Of a DNA stretch of 64,000 nt, positions 55,503-64,000 are shown piece after piece. Position 1 is the stretch's first letter. The number at the start of each line of letters is the position of its first letter. The stretch lies in the NCBI RefSeq assembly GCF_009914755.1, contig NC_060947.1, one strand, 5' to 3'. Under the pieces are notes generated by a model. The model was not told where the DNA came from. It saw only the letters and a list, made by a program, of their open reading frames with translations, and ran no database searches. A program made the position numbers and the translations under genes. The DNA comes from the human T2T-CHM13v2.0 reference genome, Homo sapiens.

Positions 55503-56149
55503 TTAATATGGTGAGCTCTGTTTTTCAACTGAGAGACTGAATAAAGTAGGGACATTTTAAGGCCTTTCCTCAAAGAGGTTCATTGTTTAAAATTGTAGGC
55601 CAGGGCAACAACATTCTAAAGACTCGAGGCTTTGAACTCACACCTCCAGTATTCCAGTCTCTGCTGTGTGCTACATCGGGCCCTTCCTTCTCAGAGCACA
55701 GGAACTGTCAACCTTGGGGTTCTGGGTGGAACCCTATGGGTTCTCTCTCTTATCACAATGATGGCTTGCCCTGGGGCCGACCTAGCCACCTCCAACTCCT
55801 ACCAAGCACCACGAAGCTTTCCATAACAGGAGACCAAGTCAAAGAAAGGTAATGGCCACCGCCTTTCTCGTATTGATCTTCCGCTAACAGGCAGATCATA
55901 ACTGAGCACGTCAACCCAAACCTAATGTATTCCGGGGCTTACTCCTTGGCAAAGTGGACCAGCCCTGTTCTCCCTGAACCAAGGCAAGAAAACTATGTAG
56001 AAAGCAGAACATGAGAAATCAATCTGATAAAATGAGACCAGCTCAGAGAACAGTAAACAGTGACCTCTCTCCCTCAGTCACCTGTCTGCTCTGCAAATTA
56101 GGAACTAGGTCTTCCTAGCAGGTAGGCAGGTGCCAGGTGGGGCCCAGGT

Positions 56150-56580
56150 GTGGGCGGCAGTGGGAAGGGGAGAGGAGAACCCACCCTATACACCGCATTC
56201 CCGCCGGCAGACCAAACAGCCGGCGGCACTTTGGTCGCTGGATGCGGGGAGCAAAGAACAATTCATTAAAGGCTTTCAGGATGAAAATCCTCACAACAAA
56301 TTGCCTTTCTCCTCTCCCTCTGAGTCTTCACTCTTATGTAAATGTATTCAAAAAACCACCACTGTGCTTTCAGTGAAATGACACCACAAAGCTACCAGAG
56401 GTCTCCGGGCTGTCTGGGTGCTTGGCAAATGTTTCTAACATCCCTATTAAAACACAGCCCGGATCTGCAGCATCCAAACGGAGGGAGATTAGCCGCGAGG
56501 CAGGGCGCCTTCGGACGGAGCTAAGCTGGGGCTTCCGAAGCGTCTCTCCTCCTGATCTCTATCAGGCAATTTTACGTAAT
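56150..56580. promoter_or_regulatory. Second non-repeat CpG-rich patch
   Basis: 19 CpG counted in ~430 bp; GGGCGG at ~56152; TTATGTAA 56334 and TTACGTAA 56572. Confidence 0.4.
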
Positions 56581-57808
56581 CAGAAAAAATCAGCTTGCAA
56601 ATGAAACCTAAACTTCAGAGTCAAAAGTTGAAAATGGAAAGTTTTTTTGTTTGTTAATGGATATGGTTTTAATCCAAATGAACAACGTAGTTATATCCAT
56701 CAAGTCCTGATTCTGTGAAGTTTCCAGTCAATTTTAATGCCAGCTTTTGTTCCACATCTTCAAAAGCCGATAAGATGAACAGGAGGGATGTTCATTAGAG
56801 GGTCAAGTTAAATTGCCATACTGCCATCAGTAGAAAGAAAAAAAGGAGGTCAGCATGTGCAAGCACTGCAGTTTCCAAATCGTTTCTATACCTTTTCATG
56901 TCAGGGATGACAGGAAAGATTGTATTTCACTTAAGCCCTGTCTTCCCCCAAAACAATTTCTTATATAACCATATATATAACCATAATCAGTTAAATACAA
57001 CAATGAAATACTTTGTGGTAATTGTCCAAGGTAGAAATTCAGAGTAATATTGGAGTATTAACCCATTTTTGTTTTATTCATGTCAAGTTCATATACCAGT
57101 TTACTTGTGATTGGATTCCTCAAGTATCACTTCAATATCATCAGACTCAGAAGGGACAGTCCCTATTTGCCGTGCCGGGTATGCTGTTTGATCTGTCCCT
57201 TATAAGCACATTTATGCTTGAAGCCTAATGCCATTTAACTGTGTATCATAATCACGACAAAAAGAGAACGGAAAGGAGGAAGCACCAGTCAATTATCTCA
57301 TCGAACCCCCGAAAGAACTATCTACCCCCCACCTCACAAAGGAGCAAACAGATTCATGATGATGAGTGATCTGCCCCAGGCCCCCCTACACCGGGCTGGA
57401 CACAGGCTCCAGACCCAGCTGCATCATCACTCACCCGCTTCACCCACACAGACGCACCTGCAGATCCTTCACTGCCTGCAGATGAAAACACACCATTTCT
57501 CACCTAATCCATGCGCAGCTCCATTTTGGCTCTTGGGCAGGGATCTAATATCTTCGCAAGCATAAAAGAAAGAAATCTCACCCTCACAAGTATTAATACA
57601 CAACAGGATGAAAGAGTCTCGATACTCAATTCCAGCAGCCTCCACGGCTGCCCAAAAAACAGCAGCATATTGCACCCACACAGGGTCTCAGATGAATTCA
57701 GCAAGGAAATGTCTGCTTCCCTGATTTTCCCTAGAGCTGGGATTCTCAATGCTTTAAAGTCAATTCCATTTTTATATCGATTAGATTTTTAAATAGTATT
57801 ATACCTTA

Positions 57809-58300
<492 letters not shown>

Positions 58301-58614
58301 TGAGGAATCGATGGAACAAATGACAACATGTCCCCCCATTAGACACAAAGTAAAATCTTCAATAAACGTTGCTAAGAAACCTTTCACTTCATGTGGCGGA
58401 TATTCAGCACCCCAGATTCCATGCTCTTTTCTGGTCTTATAAAAGAGAAGGATAATTCTGTTTCCCATTATACAATCCTCTATTAAAATATGATCTTCCC
58501 AGAATCTCTCAAAGCTGCAGATAGCTATACAATATAGTTCGAGCTGATAAGACATAAGTAGAGGTCTTTCAGACATTTCTGGGAAAGAATTTGCTTTCCT
58601 GATAGAGACCTCTC

Positions 58615-58728
58615 GCTTCCCTTCTTTCCTCTTTCTTTCCTTGCTTCCTTTCTTCCTTCCTTCCTTCCCTCCTCCCTCCCTCCCTTCCTTCCTTCTTTCA
58701 TTTCTTCCTTCCTACCTCCTTTCTTCTT
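58615..58728. repeat. (CCTT/CCCT)n polypyrimidine tract
   Basis: cttccttccttccttccctcctccctccctcccttccttcc. Confidence 0.88.
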
Positions 58729-58914
58729 TAGAACACACACTTTGGGGAAGCTTGCAGAAACAAAGTACTAAGCATGATGATTAAGGATACAAGCCGGGGA
58801 CAAGAGTGGGAAGGAGACAGAGCGTGGGATGCTGGTGAGAACATTGGGTCACAGCACCAGCCCTGCCTGGACTGTGTTTATCTGGGTCATTTTCATTATG
58901 AGAAGAAGAAATTA

Positions 58915-59663
<749 letters not shown>

Positions 59664-60319
59664 TAATTCCTGCTTGGTCAAGGCTATAAGCCTAACCCTA
59701 GCATGATTGATATGATTAGCCCAGTATTGCCCAGACTTATTTGGACACATAAGCTCTTTTTCCTAGTAGGCTCTGTTAACAACAACTCACAAAACTAGTT
59801 CTGCTGATCATATTTTTTGAAAAACTGACCATATTTATTTAAATAAAGGGAGGGGAGAGTTCTTCTACTTTGACATTTTAATAGCCCATGTGCTGCTCTT
59901 TGGAGGTTGGCGGGGTGAGTTTTAATGAAAGTAACCATAGTGGAAAATAACTCAAAGAATAAAACTCAGAAATCCTGGAAGCATTATGTCAAAAGTGTAT
60001 TAGTCACCTTTATCTCCAGAACACAAACATTTTAAATATTATGTTCTACTGCAAAATTTATAACCTAGTTTTTATTACTGATTTGCATTACTTGGACAGG
60101 AGTTATCATTTAAACCATCTTCCATGAACAAAATATATACCACAGCTGCTTGCTGCTCTGCCTTCTTTTACCTACAGTAATTCAAAATAAGCACCAGCTC
60201 TTTCTTGTTCCTATTTTACACATTCCGACATGCAGGTCTGGAAGGCAGTGTGGAGTTGCCAAGATGGGAACTGGAGTCAGGACCGAAGGGCTGTCCTGGA
60301 GCCGGGCCTTCTGAGAGGG

Positions 60320-60635
60320 CAGTCACCGGGCACAGCTAGCTGTTCCGCACCAGAAACGTGGCTAGTATGTATGGAGATGCCCCATAAGTGTAAAATACAC
60401 ACAAGATTTCCAAGATCCCATATGAAAAAAGAACATAAACACGCCATTAATAATTGATATATTAATTATAGGTTGAAATCATAATATTTTTGATGTATTA
60501 GGTTGGCCACATATATTATTAAAATTAATTTCATCTGCTTATTTTTCATAATGGGGCTGCTAGAAAATTTAGAATTACAAATATGGCTTGGATCTGTGAC
60601 TGGCATTACATTTCTATTAGACAGTGAGTTCTAGA
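60320..60635. mobile_element. MER33 (hAT-Charlie)
   Basis: gtggctagt...taagtgtaaaatacacacaagatttc...gttgaaatcataatattttt...ctagaaaatttagaattaca...catttctattagacagtg. Confidence 0.82.
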
Positions 60636-60638
60636 CAC

Positions 60639-60955
<317 letters not shown>

Positions 60956-60974
60956 TTAGACACTTTTTTCTCAT

Positions 60975-61260
60975 TATTATGTTGTGACTTGTTAGGAGAA
61001 TCTTTGGGCCTCAGTTTCCCCTATCTATAGAATGTGGTGCTTGGAACATGTTTTTCGCAGCTTTAGACTTGTGGATTGTCAAAGCTGTGCATTTCCTCTT
61101 TCCTTTCCTTGTCTCCTAAGAAAAACAGTCCTTTAACATCTTCCTGGGAAGAACATCGAGCTTACAGTCAGAAAGTCTGGTGTGAGTCCTGTTTCTGCCA
61201 CTCCACGGCCAAGTAAGTGACTTTGGAAAGGTCACTGATTCTTTAGTATCAGTTTTGCTG
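60975..61260 (+). mobile_element. MIR fragments
   Basis: tgtgacttg...tgggcctcagtttccctatcta; agtcagaaagtctggtgtgagtcctgtttctgccact...gtgactttggaaaggtcact. Confidence 0.65.
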
Positions 61261-62273
61261 AGAGAAACCCATATTTAAAATGTTTTAAATAAAGTCCTCC
61301 CCAAATGTTAGGCTGGCTCTGAGTAGACATGTGGTTGTCTTGAAAGAGGGTATTTATTCACAGAGACAGAAAACAATATGTAGGAAAAGTCTTTTGAATA
61401 ATGGAGGAACGTCTTCCCAGGAGCTTGCAGCCTGAAGCCTAAAATGCAGAATCACAAAAAATGCCTCCCACAACTGCCTTATGAGTTACTTTCAATCATC
61501 CTTCTGAAGACTGCAGCAATTAGCACTTGGGTTCCCAAGGGGAAGTGAATCTCAGTAAGACAACAATTATGTAGCAGATACTCTTCCAAGTACTCAGAAT
61601 ACAGCAAGAAAACAAAAATTCTGTCATGGCTTCTCCTGCTTATGGTGATTATGTTCCTGAGATTCCAGAAGTTATAGCATTGCAAAGACCTGTGCAGGAG
61701 CAATTAGGAACAAAAGTAGCTAGCATAAAAGACATGCAGGTGGAAAAGGTTCTATAAACATGACAGAAAGTGCCTCTCTATTAAAGTTAGAACTTTACAC
61801 ACAAATTGTCTCAGAATTTTGCAGTGAGTTGATCTCTTGTGACATAAGTAGGTGACAAATCAGAGATAGGTAAGTATAGAATGACTAAGAAGATGAAGTA
61901 GAACAGAAGACAACAGATATCCCTGGTGATGCTAGAAGCCAAATTAGAGAAGACGTTGAGGATCCAAAGCAGAAGGGCAGAGGCAGGGCTCGGGGCAATT
62001 TCCTGAAGTTCAGCTTTAGAGTGGGTTTCTCATACCATGGGCAGCAATTTGCCCAATGATCAAGTTTGCAGGTTTAGGAACCAACGAATCACTTCAGAAG
62101 CCACTCTAATATGTATAAGTGGATATTTTTCCTAAAACTTTGTATATGTTGATGCCTTAACTGTTATTAAACCATATGCAACGTATTCACTGTCGTAATC
62201 CATGTCACTCAAGGACTCACTGTCTTGGATTTCCCCAGAATCAAGTTAAAATAATGTATTAAGATATTTTACA

Positions 62274-62568
62274 GGCCAGGCATAGTGGCTCATGCCTGTA
62301 ATCCCAACACTTTGAGAGGCTAAGGTAGGAGAATAGCTTGAGCGCAGCAGTTCAAGACCAGCCTGGGTAACACAGGGAGACCTCATCCTACAAATCTAAA
62401 AAAATTACCCAGCCTGGTGGCCCACACCCGTGGTCCCAGCTACTCAGGAGGCTGAGGTGGGAGGATCACTTGAGCCCAGGAGGTGGAAGTTGCAGCGAGC
62501 TATGATCATGCCACTCCACTCCAGCCTGGGCAACAGAGCAAGACCCAGTCTCCAAAAAAAAAAAAAAA
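62274..62568 (+). mobile_element. AluJ
   Basis: Full dimer; TSD aagatattttaca(g). Confidence 0.95.
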
Positions 62569-62802
62569 GATATTTTACAGAATACTAGCTCATGGTGGCC
62601 CTGGACCTTCAGGATCAGAATTTGCTCTGCAACAAGATACCCTAGTGATCCATGAGCACATGTAAACACCACTGATTTAAGCTCTTTCTCCTCTTTTTGA
62701 TAAAGTCCTTATTCCAATGACTTCAAATATCATCTGTGTAGATGACTCCCCTTATAAGACTGTGTTCATACTATTATTATATCAAGCTGCTGCAACTTCC
62801 TA

Positions 62803-63115
62803 CTTATTTTTTTCTTTTTTTTTTTTTTTTTTTTTTTTAGACAAAGTCTCACTCTGTCGCCCAGGCTGGAGTGCAGTGGTGTGATCATGGCTCACTGTAA
62901 CCTCGACCTGCAGGGTTTAAGCAATCTTCTTGCCTCAGCCTCTCGAGTAGCTGAGACTACAGGCATGTGCCACCATGCTCAGTTATTTTTTTTTTTTTTT
63001 GTAGAGATGAGGTCTCATTATGTTGCCCAGGCTGTTCTCAAACTGCTGGCTCAAGGAGTCCTCCCACCTTAGAGTCCCAAAGTTCTGGGATTACAGGCAT
63101 GAGTCACCATGCTTG
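62803..63115 (-). mobile_element. AluJ
   Basis: Long T tail, reverse dimer. Confidence 0.94.
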
Positions 63116-63146
63116 GAGTCCTCCTTATTCTGATTTTGGTAGCTGT

Positions 63147-63450
63147 GTTTTTTTTTTTTTTAGACAGTCTCGCTCTGTTGCCCAGGCTGGAGTGCTGGAG
63201 TGCAGTGGTACAATCTCAGCTCACTGCAACCTCTGCCTCCTGGGTTCAAGCGATTCTCATGCCTCGGCCTCCTGAGTAGCTGGGATTACAGGCACCCACT
63301 ACCACACCCAGCTAATTTTTTTGTATTTTTAGTGGAGACAGGGGTTTTGCCATGTTGGCCAGGCTGGTCTCAACTCTTGGCTTCAAGTGATCCACTTGCC
63401 TCAGCCTCCCAAACTGCTGGGATTACAGGCATGAGCCACTGAGCCCGGCC
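63147..63450 (-). mobile_element. AluS
   Basis: Reverse dimer with internal 9-nt duplication (gctggagtg); TSD tggtagctgtg. Confidence 0.94.
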
Positions 63451-63639
63451 TGGTAGCTGTGCTTTTAATGTAGAGTTTACAAGTGGTCTCTGTTTCCTAG
63501 AGTCACTGACAATGTGGCTTGGAGGTTGCCATTCTCCTTGGAGCTCTGTATGGTTCCTGGGAGAAGGCAATGCAGAATTAAGCTGCCACCATGCTTCTAT
63601 CAGAACCAGAAATTGTATTCTCGGACACTTTTGAAATGA

Positions 63640-63810
63640 TTTATTCTTTATTCCCTCTGTTTTTCAGTTTTCTTTTTTGTTTTCTCTTCCTCGAACTGCT
63701 ATGTTCAGCTACTGGACCTGCTGGAGTGGTCCTGTAATTTTCTCTTTTGTCATCCATTGCTTCTTGGTGTTTTTGTTCTATTTCCTAGGAGATCTCCCCA
63801 ACTCCCTCTC
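63640..63810 (-). mobile_element. Probable old L1M fragment
   Basis: T-rich ttttctcttcctcgaactgctatg...tggacctgctggagtggtcctgtaattttct, resembling antisense L1ME sequence. Confidence 0.45.
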
Positions 63811-64000
63811 AGGAAGTGAGCCCTGTCTGTATACACCCAGATCCAGCTGGCATGTACATCCATGTCTGTCAGCCTGTCTTCCAACTGCCGACACCGACAA
63901 CTCTTGGCTTGGGGACTTTCTGTGGTAACCAGATTCCACTCCACTCTTGAGGGCAGCAAGCTGTAAAGGGGGGCGGGGGGGAATTATTCTAACGTGGAGC

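Noticed and set aside
55068-55573. Cys/His-rich ORFs resembling metal-binding proteins
   Set aside because: Artefact of the CA/TG repeat tract in all six frames.

Overview
Primate (human-like) non-coding genomic DNA, intergenic or deep intronic. About 34 Alu/FLAM copies or fragments, several old L1 (L1M/L1PA) and L2 fragments, MIRs, MaLR/ERVL LTR remnants (MLT1, LTR16), DNA-transposon relics (MER5, MER20, MER33, MER45A, MER47, MER58, Tigger2a) and many microsatellites. I recognise no protein-coding exon, RNA gene or processed pseudogene; the ORF track is explained by repeats, low complexity and chance. Repeat subfamily names come from remembered consensus sequences, and repeat boundaries are approximate. 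I found no new biological system. The best unexplained signals are: a 197-bp ungapped ~89%-identical inverted copy of a local L1 segment (17902-18098 vs 22434-22630) that looks like a templated insertion; a 70-bp dispersed direct repeat between those arms; a CpG-retaining candidate regulatory zone at ~54.8-56.6 kb with a possible minus-strand first exon; a D-box/RORE-like/E-box motif cluster at 51.5-52.0 kb; a well-formed candidate non-coding exon at 52203-52314; and a three-monomer recombinant Alu.
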